Assembly (NCBI RefSeq): GCF_001194135.2
Contig: NC_068992.1
Span: 65,380,019 to 65,444,018 of the forward strand
DNA: 64,000 nt
Reading direction: 5' to 3'
Source: Octopus bimaculoides
Lineage: Eukaryota
Made by a program: the position numbers and the translations under genes. This document shows, piece after piece, positions 25,051-38,870 of the stretch (position 1 is the first letter of the stretch; every line of letters starts with the position of its first letter). The notes under the pieces are model-generated. The model saw nothing but the letters and a program-made list of their open reading frames with translations. It had not been told where the DNA came from and made no database searches.

Positions 25051-28000
25051 AGATTGCTAATATTAACCTGACGATGGGTAACGCCTGACAGAATCTCTGA
25101 GTGTTCTTGTTATATTTAGTATTAATACGCTTGTGCATGCTAATTTAGTTAGCAGCGATTTTATCTTGAGATCTGGTGACAAGTTTCCGCAACTCTCAAG
25201 GGCCTTCCTTAGGTTTCTTGCAGAATAGAGAATATGGTACTTTTCTGTAAGTTGACAATATCTCTTCATTTCTCCATTTTCTCAAATGCGTTGCTATGAT
25301 AGGGAATTAGAAAATCTATAATTTTGTGCTGTTTGTTTATTTTGCCCTCTATAATCATGCCTGGTCTCCTTCCATGAATAGTATGGTCAGTCTTGGGGTA
25401 GCGGAATCCCACAAGGTATTGTAACCCTCCTTTTATATCACATCTTCTGGTTCCTGTTTAAATCCCTTTTCTGCTGGTTTCAAGCCAAACACTCAGCTGA
25501 CATGCCAGTGCACTCTTTGGCCGACATTTCATTCACTCTCAATGCTTAAACACGCGCAAACGCTTATTAGTTCAGATCACTCCATTCATCCTGAATTACC
25601 CGGGATCCTCATTAATACTGGAAATTTAATGATTACCCCAAACCCACACAACCAATGATTGGTGTTGATAATTCCACCCTGATTCGCTATCCCACACATT
25701 AATTAGTAATTATGACTTCCTTCACCCTCACTGATTTTACGCCATTCTCTAAATAGTTTAAATTGAAAATTTCTACACCCCGGATGGTTAGTTATAAAAC
25801 TTGCCAATTCCTGTTCAATAAACGGTGACGGTCTTCTGCAGATGAACAACTGGAATGTTTGGAATAAAATGAATAACTAAAAGACGAATCTCACCTCTCT
25901 GTTGTTTCACTTTATAATAGATTCAATTATTCCAGAACTAAATGGAAATGAAGAACCATTTGTTTGAATTTTGCCGTTTATGGTTGCAGCAGTGAGACAG
26001 CGAATCCATTAGCTGCATTATCTAGGGAAACTATTGTTGATTTGAGTGAGTAAAAGGCATGTCGATAGAAAAGGAAAGAAATGGAAAGATGTTTGAGGAG
26101 AAAGAGAAAGAAAAGAAAGAGAGAGGAAGATAGATGATTAGTAAGAGATAGAGAAGAAAAAAATGAGTGAAAGAGTATTAGATAGAGATGAACGGGAGAG
26201 TAGACGAGATAAACTCCGAAAAACGTGAGAAAATGGTGATGGGGGGAATCGGGTCAGAAGAGAGAAGGTGAGCTGAATTGAAATTCAGAAACTGAGGAAA
26301 TTTACAGACAGAGAAAATGATGATTTAGGAAATAATAAAGAGTGTTTCTGGGAGAGAAGATTTTGATGATAAAAGAAAACCGGCTGTACGTGAGAGGGAG
26401 GTCGAACGCGGAGAAAGAGGCGGAATAAATAGAAGCTGAGTGAGCGGTAATAGATGGGGGAGGGATGAAAGAAAGAAACAGAGACAGACCGAGAGAGAGA
26501 GAGAGAGAGAGACAGACGGATAAAGAGAAAAGAGAGAGAAAGGAAGGGGAGAGATATATAATTGAATGGATAACAACAGAAGACAAACAAAATGTGATAG
26601 GGATTTAGAGAAAGAAGTAAGGGAGAAGAACTGGAGTGATAGAATCATCAAAACATGAACAGATAAGAACGAGAGTGAGAGAGAGCGGGCAAGAGAGAGT
26701 AAGAAGACGAAGAGTAGGCGATAAATAGTGAACAAAGGAAAGAATAGTGGTCTTGTAGAGATAAAGTAAAGTGATAGCAAAGATAGTCGTGGTGATATTA
26801 ACGACACCAGTCAATGTAGCAATAAATAACATTTTAGAGCAGCAATATTGTGAGAGATATCATCTTGGAGAATATTTCTTTATAATGTTAATAATTGAAT
26901 AAATATAAGTGCTGACTTTAACCACCACCCAACGTTACAGGGAACGTTATAAGTATGATTAGCTCTTCGTTCAGAAGTGTTAAGCATTTAAGGAATAAAA
27001 CAGCTCCTCACTAGGAAGATAAATGAGGGAGTTGTAATTTCGCTCCAAAATGGGAAATACCAGAGATAATTAATTCGGCTATTAACATGTGGCAAAATTT
27101 CAGTTCTCTAAACAATCCGTAACATTGTAAAAGAATCAATGAAGAAGCCTCTACTTGGTCATTCAACCGGCTACGAACGGTAACGATATTTCCCTCAAAT
27201 CATTATCTACAGTACAAAAGGGGGATGAATGATATAGATATATGTTATGGGGATAATAGTAATAACGGAACACCCCTCCCACATGACGAGTAGTATGTGC
27301 TAGTCACTACAAATATGGTGACATTGAGCAGTCGTCAGTTGTAGTCGTGTCTTATTCGTCTAACTAATTACACTGCTATACTGGAGTGGGCGTTATAACG
27401 ATCCGACAGAGGATTACAACAGTGGCGATTTGGAATTAACAAATTCACGAGGATTATACAAACTTAGAATGTGTTACGAATCTCACAAAGGTTTTTTGTG
27501 CGAATTTTACGGGATACAAAATCATAAAATTATGGAAAAATTGTTGGCCGGTTTGCTCGAGTTGCAAAAACAGCAACAAAAATAACTGAAAGAACAAGAA
27601 AAACCTACCTACGTACCTTCGTACCTACGTACGTACCTACATATAAGTCGAGTGAGAAAGAAAAACCCTTCTTTTTCGAAGTTGTCTGTAGTTTTTTTTC
27701 AGTTGACAGTTATGACGTCCCTTTGCTTAAAATCTTAAACCCCATCAAACCTTCCTGGAATGTATTTATTTAACGGATGTTAGAAACCCTAAACTCAAAG
27801 AGACTTGTGAAACTACGATGAACGAGTGCACACTCTCGTCCTCGGCAGACATTCAATTCATGAATTCATGTCCTAATTAGATAAATACATAAAACAGTCT
27901 GCTCCAGCCTTGCTTGATTAGAAGAGAAAACAGTCGATATTCTTTATTAGGTTGTATTGAAACAACCATTATTAGGAATCTAAAATTTGCCACAGATAAT

Positions 28001-28874
28001 TTAATTCCGAAGGCACCGATAACGGCAATATTAACCGCCAGTAGTTCGTTAATATGTCTTTATAACTAAATCAATCAAGCATTATTTATGATTGCATTCA
28101 TCTAATTTTGATTTGCTACATATGGAAAACTAATTCTATTTTAAGGAAGAATTTCTTCAGTGTTTAGACATCGAACTATTTACCAACCATTTTCGATTTA
28201 AATTACCTAAGATTCTGTTTACCGTTTATAAGAATAAGATGTTATAAATTTCCAGTAACTGCTATCATGTCTATGCACCATACATAGAACCCTTCCTTGT
28301 TCTACAAATTCAAAGATACAAAAGGTGTATCGTCGATTCATTGATGTTTATTGTATGTTTGTTGTGATTTATCTCCTTTTTGGCAGGCCAGCGAGGGAGC
28401 AGTCAGCTGGTTCCTTTAAGTGCTACCCAATCACAATTAAAAGGAACAAGCATTCTAAATACTCTGGTTCTGAAGAAACAAAAGGATGCTCAGAGCAGAA
28501 ATGTTTTGAGTATATTCTACTGAAGCGTCTTCCTCTATCTTCCCTCTGTTGAAGTTGAGTATTTTAAAGAATTTCATATTTGTTCTCTTCCTCCGTGAAG
28601 TGATTTTCTCCAAGATAGTAAAATAGAACACAGAAATACAAAGCATTCGTAGCAGCTGCTTCTAGAATGAGAACACATCGGTCATGTTGTTGGTGTTGTT
28701 GTTGACAGTGATGAGAGCGAAGAGGATAAACACGGTAGAATACTAGCAAAGGAAAAAAAAAACGGTAATTTAGAACTGGAGCGAAGAAATGACAAAAGAG
28801 GGGACGAAAATAACTGGAAGAAATCCAAGAAATAGTAAAATGTGTGCAATACGAGTACAACACAAGGGAAAAAA

Positions 28875-28908
<34 letters not shown>

Positions 28909-29022
28909 AGGATGATGATGATGATGGTGAAGAAGAAGAAGAAGAAGAAGAAGAAGAAGAAGAAGAAGAAGAAGAAGAAGAAGAAGAAGAAGAAGAAGAA
29001 GAAGAAGAAGAAGAAGAAGAAG
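28875..29022. repeat. (GAT)n(GAA)n microsatellite
   Basis: About 30 uninterrupted GAA units after a GAT tract. Confidence 0.95.
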
Positions 29023-29280
29023 ACAATCTGTAGTCCATCACAGCAAAACAAGAAAAAGCGACGCTATTACGTTTATGATAATGGATTCACATGGAAATTA
29101 GTGAATGTGAAAATTGCATAAAATGGAATTTAAATCGTATTAAATCGTCGTAAATCGTATTAAATGATGCAATGTCAGTAAAGGTAACATAATGATATTT
29201 CAATGTGACAATTTAAATTTCTTTTCTTTGATTGAACTAAATACAACCTTCAATGGTGAGTTAAACTTTAGTGTTGATAG

Positions 29281-29311
<31 letters not shown>

Positions 29312-29599
29312 TTGTTGTTTTTGTTGTTATTGATGACGTTGTTTTTTTTTGTTTTTTTTAATTGCTATTAGTGTTGCTACTGTTGCCCTTCTGGTTCTTG
29401 TTGTTGGTTGGATGTCAATTAAATCTGCTGTTATTTTCATAATTATCCTTTCGATTTTCATCTTAATCAGTAAATTTTGAATGGATATCTTTGATACACG
29501 GGGGATGAAACTTGGATGTAGCGAAGCTGATATTCAAAGCTATCTATTCCTAACATGGATTCGAGAGTAAAGAAGTGGTGGAGGTGCAAATGATGACAA

Positions 29600-29693
29600 T
29601 TAGATTAATTGACAGCATTTTCCCGACTCACTCATGTTTGCGTTTAAATCCCGCCGAAGTAATTTTTTTCTCTCCAGTATTTTGGGGTTGATA

Positions 29694-29700
<7 letters not shown>
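29600..29700 (+). mobile_element. SINE-like family A, partial copy ending in (AAT)n
   Basis: aaatcccgccgaagtaattt...ggggttgataaa similarity. Confidence 0.5.
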
Positions 29701-29771
<71 letters not shown>

Positions 29772-29839
29772 CTGGTGGAAATATTAGAAGATCGGGCAGG
29801 ATGTCTTGCAACCCCTGTTATAAGTCTTTTCGAAAAGCT

Positions 29840-29984
29840 TCTTTCCGTTTCCGCCTACTAAATCCATTCACCAGGATTTGATCGGTCCGAGGTTATAGTA
29901 GAAAACTCAAGGTTCTAAGCAATGGACTTGATCCGGAAGCATGTGATTGGGAAAGCGAGGTTCTTACCACACAACCACGCCTGC
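29840..29984 (-). mobile_element. tRNA-headed SINE-like family B copy (second copy on + at ~33235-33385)
   Basis: Minus strand caggcgtggttgtgtggtaagaa...ggatcaagtcc gives A/B-box-like motifs. The body aligns by eye with 33235-33385. Confidence 0.6.
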
Positions 29985-30399
29985 ATTTTGCTCAAATCTA
30001 TTTCGTATATAATAACCGTTTCTGAAATGTTTCTCTCACTTCTAAAAAAAATGTTTTATTTAGTGAAAACTGTATCTTTAAATCACTTGTTTTGTTCTTA
30101 TAGAAATGTTAGCCTTTTGACTGGTGAGGAACTAAAAGTACAATTGTTAAATTCTAATTTTGAGGATTACGGATTATGCATAGAGATTTTGATGCTGATA
30201 AAACTAACTGGAAACAGGTGCGAAAAAAATCATAGACTTTTGTTTAAAATATAACTAAACAACGTTGTTTATAATGAACAGCAATCACCAGCCTGTTTGT
30301 TGCAACAACAAGCATGGAGAGTGAAGGTAGCATTAAATGCGAGCATTAGGAAGACATTTTCCGCCTTCCTACTACTATCGCTACTACAGTCACTGTCAC

Positions 30400-30411
30400 T
30401 GCTGTTGCTGC

Positions 30412-30445
<34 letters not shown>

Positions 30446-30452
30446 GCAGCAG

Positions 30453-30508
<56 letters not shown>

Positions 30509-30530
30509 GTAGTAGTAATAGTAGTATTTA
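30400..30530. repeat. (CAG)n(CTA)n(TAG)n compound microsatellite
   Basis: Directly visible. Confidence 0.9.
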
Positions 30531-31814
30531 GTTGATGGATATGATTTTATTATCATTTGTTGTTTTGCTGATTGATTGATTGACAGACGAGAGATGTGAC
30601 ATTAACCACACCCTTGTTTTGTAGAATATTTCACACATCAAACTATATTATTCCTAAAGAATACAGAGTATTTTGTTTCTCTTAGTACCCTCTAACCAAA
30701 AAATTCCATGTCTTCAACTCCTTCATTCAATGTGACCAGTTTTCACTCATTACAGTGCGTGCACGCGTGCGTGTGTGTTTGTATATATGTGTGTATATAC
30801 ATTCATATTTGTCCTCTACATATATTACTTCGTGTCTGAGAAAATTAAAATATTTCGTGTTTTTCAAATTTCATTTCGGGTTTTGCTACGACCACAGAAA
30901 TACAATTTACTCAAAGACACGCTGCCTGAAATATATTACATTTCGTGAGATGAGTCTTCATAATTTCGTGTGACTAAGTTTCGGTTACGGAATGAAACAT
31001 TTTGAATGCTACTCACATCTTTCATTCCCTACTGTTTCTTCAATAATGATTAATCACGTGTGTTTAAATTTATGTATTTTTCCTCGCGTTACTAATGGAA
31101 ATGATCATTGAAACCTTTCGAGCTGCTCCTTTTTTTTTCGATCCTTTTTTTCTGTCATCTCTTTGTCATTTCTTCACTCGTATTTTTTCTATCTTCCTTT
31201 CTAGATTTAATTGAAATTTATATTCAAATCATTTGTCTAATTAACATCAGTAATTAATCACCACTTATTTATGCATCAGGGATATTCATCTATAACTGAT
31301 CATATCTATCGCCTTATAGGTGAAAGCATCGGGACACAACACCTCTTCTAACTACACCCAAAGCAGTGAAGTGAGAGAATCACTCACCCATTTTGTACTA
31401 GAACGATAAGGTTTATTCTAAGAGGCCATTTCACTCTGCGTTACCTAATTACAGTAAAGTTAATTAGGAGGTTAATCATTAAATGCCTAAGGACCTATCT
31501 TGCGTTCTCTTTATTCACATATCTGTTACTCTAAACCTACGTAAATAATTATGACTAAATTTGTTTCATTTTGAACACAGAGTACATTTTTCACATCGTT
31601 TTATGTCGCAAACGGTGTTGATGGAGAGATTTCCTAATCAGGAAATTTGAGTGATGCTGAGGTTCAAATTGTTTTCTTTCAAGTAGAGGTATTACTTGAT
31701 AACGAGGTGTCTCATTCATAATGAAACATTACTTTTCAAGCGTAGAATGAACAAACGGATAATATATTTCTTCAATTTCAGCAACAGCACCTAATATCTG
31801 ATAACTTTATGTTT

Positions 31815-31998
31815 GTCAACAGGCAGAATCGTTAGCATTCTGGGCAAAATGCTTAACGGAATGTCGTCCGTCTTTACTACGTTCTGAGTTCAAATTCACT
31901 TTGCTTTTCATTGCTTTCGAGTTCCTTAAAAGAATTACCGGTTGAACACTGGGTTAGATGTTCCGAAATTGTTGGTGTTGTAGCAAAATTTGAAACCA
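31815..31998 (+). mobile_element. SINE-like family A copy
   Basis: ggcagaatcgttagca...tacgttctgagttcaaattc...aaaatttgaaacc. Confidence 0.75.
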
Positions 31999-32291
31999 AA
32001 ATTCTAAGCCAACAAACCATTGTGATTTAAACTTGCTCACTGTCTATGTTTAATATATCAGGCGTCTCCTTGAGTAAGGTACTTAAGTCTTGGTTTATGA
32101 TAACGTCATTAACTTAAGAAATTCCTAAGATACTGGGTGCATAGAACAGCAGCAACGGCGGCGGTGGTAGCAGCGCTATGAGCAATAGCAGGATGTTTGA
32201 GTATCGTTTGAGTAAGTGATCCTATTGAAGTTTCTAATTGGCCTCGGTTTCCACTTCTGTGTGTCTGTGTGTGCGTTTGTGTGTGTGTGTG

Positions 32292-32371
<80 letters not shown>

Positions 32372-33431
32372 AGTGTGTGAGTGTGTGTTGTATTGTTAGT
32401 CTGCTTGTAAGAGTCGTTAATGTCCAAATTCTCAATTATCCTAATATTTCATATAATCCACACGTTTCCTGGCTAATTAAGCTTTCATTATAAAAACTAC
32501 AGTTAATTTGGAGATTGTAATTTAATTCTATTGAATTAGTGGACTCAATCTAATTAGAAAGAGTAAGTAAATATTGACTAGAAAGAACCACTTCAGGAAA
32601 TCTTGAAAATAAGGTAATTATTGGGGGAAAAACAAGGAAAATGTTTGTAAATTTAAGATAATAATAGAGAAGGTGATCTTTCAACCGCCTTTTGTTTGTG
32701 ATATCGACTGATATAGAACTCAATATTGGAGGTAAAAGATAAGAAAATGATGAGGATGCTGACAGAGATGACAGGAAAGGTTTTGCTACGAAAAATATCT
32801 TGTCAAAAGAAACTTTGGAGAGTTAATTAGGAAAGACTCATAAAAAGTTAAAATATGCTAGATTAATTAATTAGTTAGTAATACTAAATGTTCTGAAATG
32901 TCATGGAAAGTGTAATGTATTCTATAACAATTTAATATCATTCATTTACGATGATACAGCAAAAGAATTCTATTTGAATTTTATTACCGTATGACGTCAT
33001 ATGATGAGTAAGTAATTTAATTCCTGGAATTTACATTTCTAAATTAAAAGAGATGATCCAATGCAACGATAACATATTTCTTTCTAATTAAATTTTTAAT
33101 GTTCCCTGCATTTAAAATGGTAACACGGATTGAACTATTAACTTTAATGAAGATATCGATCGTGAAATACCTGATTTTTAAACAAATACTTTCCTCTTTA
33201 TCGATGATATTAAACATTTTACTGAGAGATTTCAACATAGCTTCTTCTCTTTGCAACCAAGTGATTGTGAGTTCAGTCCCATTGCGGATAATTTTGGTCA
33301 AATGGTTACTAATATAGCCCTGGGCCAATCAATGTCTTGTGAAAGAATTCGGGTAACAGAAATGACGTAGAAACCCGTCGATTATACACACACAGACACA
33401 CACACACACACAAACACACACACGCATTAAT

Positions 33432-34330
33432 AATCGGCACAAGACCTGAAATTCGGGTGTACGGAGTAGGTCCATTACATCGACCCCCAATACTCAACTG
33501 GTACCTAATGGATGAAAAGTAAAATCGACCTCGGTGGAAATTCTTCTCAGAACGTAAAGACAGAAAAAACTATGGCTAAGCATTTCTCACGACGACATCA
33601 TAACGATCCTATCAGCACGCCCCCTCCCCTGAGATGCTATTAATGGTTCCAGATATTGGCGCATGCCCAAAAAGTTCGGAAGAGAGGTAAAGTCAATTAC
33701 ATTAACCCAGTGTTCAGCTGGTACTTATTTTATCGAAGCTGAAAAGATAAAAGTTAAGGTCGACCTCTGTGACATGTGAACTCAAAACGTAAAGACCAAA
33801 ATACCGAAAAGCCTTTTGCCCGGCGCGCCGACAAGCGCCTTTCTTATATATTAAAACTGTCAACACTAACTTACTAAGTCCATCAGCGTTGCCAATTACA
33901 CAAAGTATTTTGAAGTCTTACCATTCCATTTGACTCCAGGGCTGAATATCTACTGTTAAGTATTCAGTACAAAATATTAGTAACGTGGTCTCTTGAATAA
34001 AAAAGGTCCTTTTAATATTCTTTCTAATTCTAGCACAATGCCAGAGATTTTGAAAAAAATGGCAAGGCAATGGCATCAATGGCAATACTTGGCCGGTAGT
34101 TTATTTATCGACCCCTTAATGATGGAAGACAAATTCGTCCTCGGACGTATTGAACTCAGATCATAAAGAGTTCGAAGAAATACTCTACTCTAGGCAGAAG
34201 GCCCGAAATTTTGAGGGTGGGAGCCAGTAGTTTAGATCGACCCCAGTACACAACTGGTACTTAATTTATCGACCTCGAAGGGATGAAAAGAGAAGTCTAC
34301 CTCGGCGGAATTTGAACTCAGAACGTAAGA
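33432..34330 (-). mobile_element. Four same-orientation SINE-like family A copies (~33432-33625, 33645-33840, 34020-34185, 34186-34330)
   Basis: Repeated ctggtactta..ttatcgac...gaactcagaacgtaa cores. Confidence 0.8.
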
Positions 34331-35559
34331 GAAATAAGATTTATAATGAATTAAAAAATAAAGCTAATGGCAACGTGGTGTCGTTGAAGATGGAGATATT
34401 TTGTGAAGCCATAATATCAAGTAATTACACAAATAAATAGTTTATTTGTAACAACCCGAGATTATGAGAAAATTAGAAATGAACAAACATTAGGAAAAAG
34501 AAAAAATATACAACACTATCGTTTTCGTATTTATCTAAAAATATTTCTTCGTTCGAAGTGACAATAATTGTTATATTAGAGAAAATACGAGAAAGAAAAA
34601 AAAAAAAGAACTCGCAACAAACTGATATTTAATTTCTTTTTAGTAATGCAAGAAGAGAACTTCGCGATTGAAATTGGAGTTGCCACATAAAATTACATTG
34701 AACATAAATCCCTACATTATCGTGATGCGTTAAATGTTATTGATTTTTAAAGAGACGCCATTAAGGGATCCTCGTTTAAAAGGAAATAACAAAATATCGT
34801 TAAACATTGCGTGGCACATTACTGCTGGTGTTTAACGCCGTCTCCGCTCTCAACAATTAGAAAAAAAACTATTTAATCACGGACATTGCATTTTTAATCC
34901 CAAATTCCCTTATCAGATGCTACCTCATTTTTATACGTGGTCCAACGAGATTTAACTAATATTTCTAGCAATAGAAACCACTGCTCAGTCGTCGTTGGAT
35001 CGGTGTACGGCTTTAAGAGGCGATATTTCATAATTGTAAGAATTCAGTAATGTAAGAAAACATATGGAAATATATTTTCTTCCCGTATGAACACTTTAAC
35101 TACTCAGATTTATATAACGTGTCTTGTGTCCCCCAGAAATCTCCAGGGTCAGAGCACATGGTTAATTTTGTTTGGAAACCAGGACGCTGGTATATGAGAA
35201 ACAACGAGAAACAAAAAGCGAGACGATTGATGCAAAAAGTGAAATGAGAAGACAAAGTTTGAATAAAACAGAAAAAGAAAGTTCAGAGAAGAAAGAAAAT
35301 TGAGTGGTATATCCCTTGGGTCGTAGACACTTAAGTAACGTGGCTGGGTTAGAATAATCCAATTGATTATAGTAGAATAGCACCGTTGAATTATTCTACA
35401 TTAGCTAGATTAATCAAGACGGTGCTCCAGTATGACCACACATCAATGACTGAAACAAGTAAAAGAAAAGATTGGGTTAACAGATTGTAAACGGCTGTAG
35501 ATAGACGCAAGTGTGTTGGATGTGCAAAAGGGTTCTGCAATGACAGAAGAGTCGAGGAC

Positions 35560-35875
35560 TATTTTGTGCCGTTCAATTACGATGTTATGGCGCTTTGTGG
35601 TCAGATTTTGAATCGCACCAACTTAAACTTTCATCTCTTGAGATCGATGAAATTAAGTATCAATATAAACCCGAATACATTGAATCGACTAAACATATTT
35701 TTCAAAGTGGTATAGCAATTTCTAAAGTTAGAAAGAATTGTTTTTCTTTCTTAAAGCAGACATAAGAGTAGAAAATGGTTGAGCGGGGTTAATCGATTAA
35801 ATTGACCCCTGTTTCTAACTTGTACTTTCTTTATCGACCTCCGGAAAGATGAAAGGCAAAGTTGTACTCGGAGAG
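35560..35875. mobile_element. Inverted pair of partial SINE-like family A copies (+ ~35560-35680; - ~35750-35875)
   Basis: ctttcatctcttgagatcgatgaaattaagta on + and tactttctttatcgacctccggaaagatgaaagg on -. Confidence 0.55.
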
Positions 35876-37053
35876 AAATAGAAATCATAATTATAGTTGT
35901 TATACGTATTTACTATGTATATCATTAATAATTAGATAAAAAGTAGATTAATATTTTCGCTATTTTGTCTCCAAACGTCACATTTTAACAGAGAATGTGT
36001 CAACTTTTGCTTTCATCTTCATGAAATCGATCAAATAAGCAGCACTTGTCTATATAAGTTCAATTCAATCGACTGATATGTCCACTTATGAATACATAAG
36101 TTGATGCCTGATTTAGAAATTGTTGTTGTTCGTGTTGCTGTTTGATTTTTTTGTTCTGTTTTGGTGCTATTTTTATATCTAATGGAAGTATTGAGTGTTG
36201 CAAGACGAAAATATATATTTCATTCGTTCAATCGTTGAAAATCTTCTGAGAGGAAATAATCTTCATTAGTATATTGGCAGTTCGAAAGAATGACGATTGA
36301 GCTGTCATCATCATCATTACCATCATCATCATTAACAGAAATCTCTCCACTTTCACCATCATGATCATTATTACTGTCACTAATATCAACAAACACCACT
36401 ACAACCAACAAATTCATCAACGCCTTCGTCGTCGTCGTCGTCGTCGTCATAATCATCAACTTCACCACAATCAACAAAAACATCAATCTCAGCCCCACCC
36501 CGAAAACACCACCTCCAACAGACACCATCATAACCATCAGCAGATTTCTTCATCGTCTTCATCATAATCAATATTGTGGTCGTCGTCGTCGTCATCATCA
36601 TCATTATCATCATCGTCGTTGTTATCCAGTATAACAGCAAGGCTTATTATGATGGTGATAGCGTCTCTAAAGGTAAATGAAGATTAAAAATGAATCCCAG
36701 GATGTGATGCCATCTTTTGTGATTCCAAAGTAGAATTGAAATCCCGCCGTCAATAACCCCTGTACTCAAAGCAGACCATCATTATTGTAGACTGTATATA
36801 TTATTGTCTTGCTGGTTGATGACTTTATAACGGGAAAATACTGAAGATGATGTTCCTGGTGATGAAAATGATCGTTAAATGTAATAATGGTTGTAATGGT
36901 GGAGGTTTTGAAAATTATAAGGTTGATGTTACCGCTGATCTGAAGCTGTCCGTGATCTAAATACGCACACGGAAACTCGCACATATGTGTAGAGAAATAC
37001 ACACATTCGTGGCCCAAAACCTGGAGCTTAGGTCTGAAAATTAGAGGTCCAAA

Positions 37054-37101
37054 ATGAGGCCATCCCATAAGTTCTGTCCGAATTTTGAATAAAGAAAACA
37101 A
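37054..37101 (-). mobile_element. Solo mariner terminal fragment
   Basis: catcccataagt(t/a)ctgtccgaattttgaataaagaaaacaa matches 19564-19604 with one mismatch. Confidence 0.65.
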
Positions 37102-37280
37102 GTTATAAAATTTCAAGAGTAGCCTGCCTTATAGGATACTCCCATGGAAAAATGCAAAGGGCATGTCTACTAAATATTAGATATTTACATTATGATAATT
37201 AATAAATAATTTTGATGTATAATTTCAGATACAAATAAATTTTAATGCTTATAGGGCTGTCTAGATACTTCTGTCATGTC

Positions 37281-37311
<31 letters not shown>

Positions 37312-37371
37312 NNNNNNNNNNNNNNNNNNNNNNNNNNNNNNNNNNNNNNNNNNNNNNNNNNNNNTGTGTGT

Positions 37372-37407
<36 letters not shown>

Positions 37408-37714
37408 TTGTGTGTGTGTGTGTGTGTGTGTGTGAGTGTGTGTGTGTGTGTACATATATATATGCATATATGTATTTTCTTATTCGTTTACATGATCCGG
37501 CACCTCCTTAAATAGTTTTAGTCGAAGAAATCGTACCCAGGTCTTATTCTTTGTGAGCCTAGCACTTATTCTATTTTCTATATGTAAGATAAGCGGTTAT
37601 ATTTTTCAACATCTATCTCATTATCTATCTCAATTTTTCTCTTTCTCTCTCTCCCTCTCTCTTTCTCTTTCTCTTCCCCTCTCTCTCCATATATATATAT
37701 ATATATATATATAT

Positions 37715-37757
<43 letters not shown>

Positions 37758-37893
37758 TAAAGAAAGAAAGAAAAGAAAGCAAGATATATATCATATGACA
37801 AGTTACTTCCTGTTTACATGATGTTTTTCACGTAAGCTAAACATATCAAGAAAAATATGAGAATGCTGAAAATATTATCCTTATTATTACTTC

Positions 37894-37942
<49 letters not shown>

Positions 37943-38504
37943 GTGGTTGTTGCTGTTGTTGTTGTTATTATTGTGATGATAATAAAAGAAGGAGTGGATG
38001 CAGGAGGAGGTAGAGTAGGAGGTTCCTCCTCATTGTAATTCTTATTACACCGCTAGGCATTATCTGCAAGAATCTTCCATTCCATCTCAATAACATATTA
38101 CATGCACAAAAAAGGTATCAACGGAATTCTGAAAACACCATTGTGTGGAACTGCCAAATTACTAATGAAGATTATTTCCTCTCTGAAGATTTCAATGATG
38201 GAAAGAAATAGACTGAAGAGATATTTTTGTTTGCCACTGGACAACACCTACACTAATTTATGAATTTCTAAATTTTCTGTAACAATGTTAAAAGTGTAGG
38301 AGAATGATGCAGTTGAATAATTCTACAAAGATATGTTTTTCGATGCATTTTGTTTATCATAGAGATGAATGGAAGGGTAAGAGCCTCGAGAGGAATGCGC
38401 ACTGCAGTCTAAAAGACAAAAAAAGAATGTATTTCTATAGCTACATCTTGCCCACTTCATTACTTCGGCTGCTACTGTTACCATTACTTTCTTACTTACT
38501 TACT

Positions 38505-38650
<146 letters not shown>

Positions 38651-38656
38651 TATTCA

Positions 38657-38870
38657 TTCAAGTTTGGCAATAGGCTATCCATTTTTGAGGGGAGGAGTAA
38701 GTTGTTTTCATCGACGTCAGTTACTTGACTGTTAATTTATTTTATCGACTGCGAAAGGATGAAAGACAAAATTAATCTCGGCAGGATTTGAACCTAGAAC
38801 GTAAAAAGTTGGAAGAAATACCACTAAGCATTTTGTCCAACTTGCAGACTTTTCTGTCACCTCACTACCC
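38657..38870 (-). mobile_element. SINE-like family A copy
   Basis: ttattttatcgactgcgaaaggatgaaag...gatttgaacctagaacgtaaa. Confidence 0.75.

Noticed and set aside
25895-26050. Minus-strand donor GAG|GTGAGA near a purine-rich tract, as a candidate first exon
   Set aside because: In-frame stop shortly upstream and no usable ATG. It could only be a UTR exon, which I cannot support.
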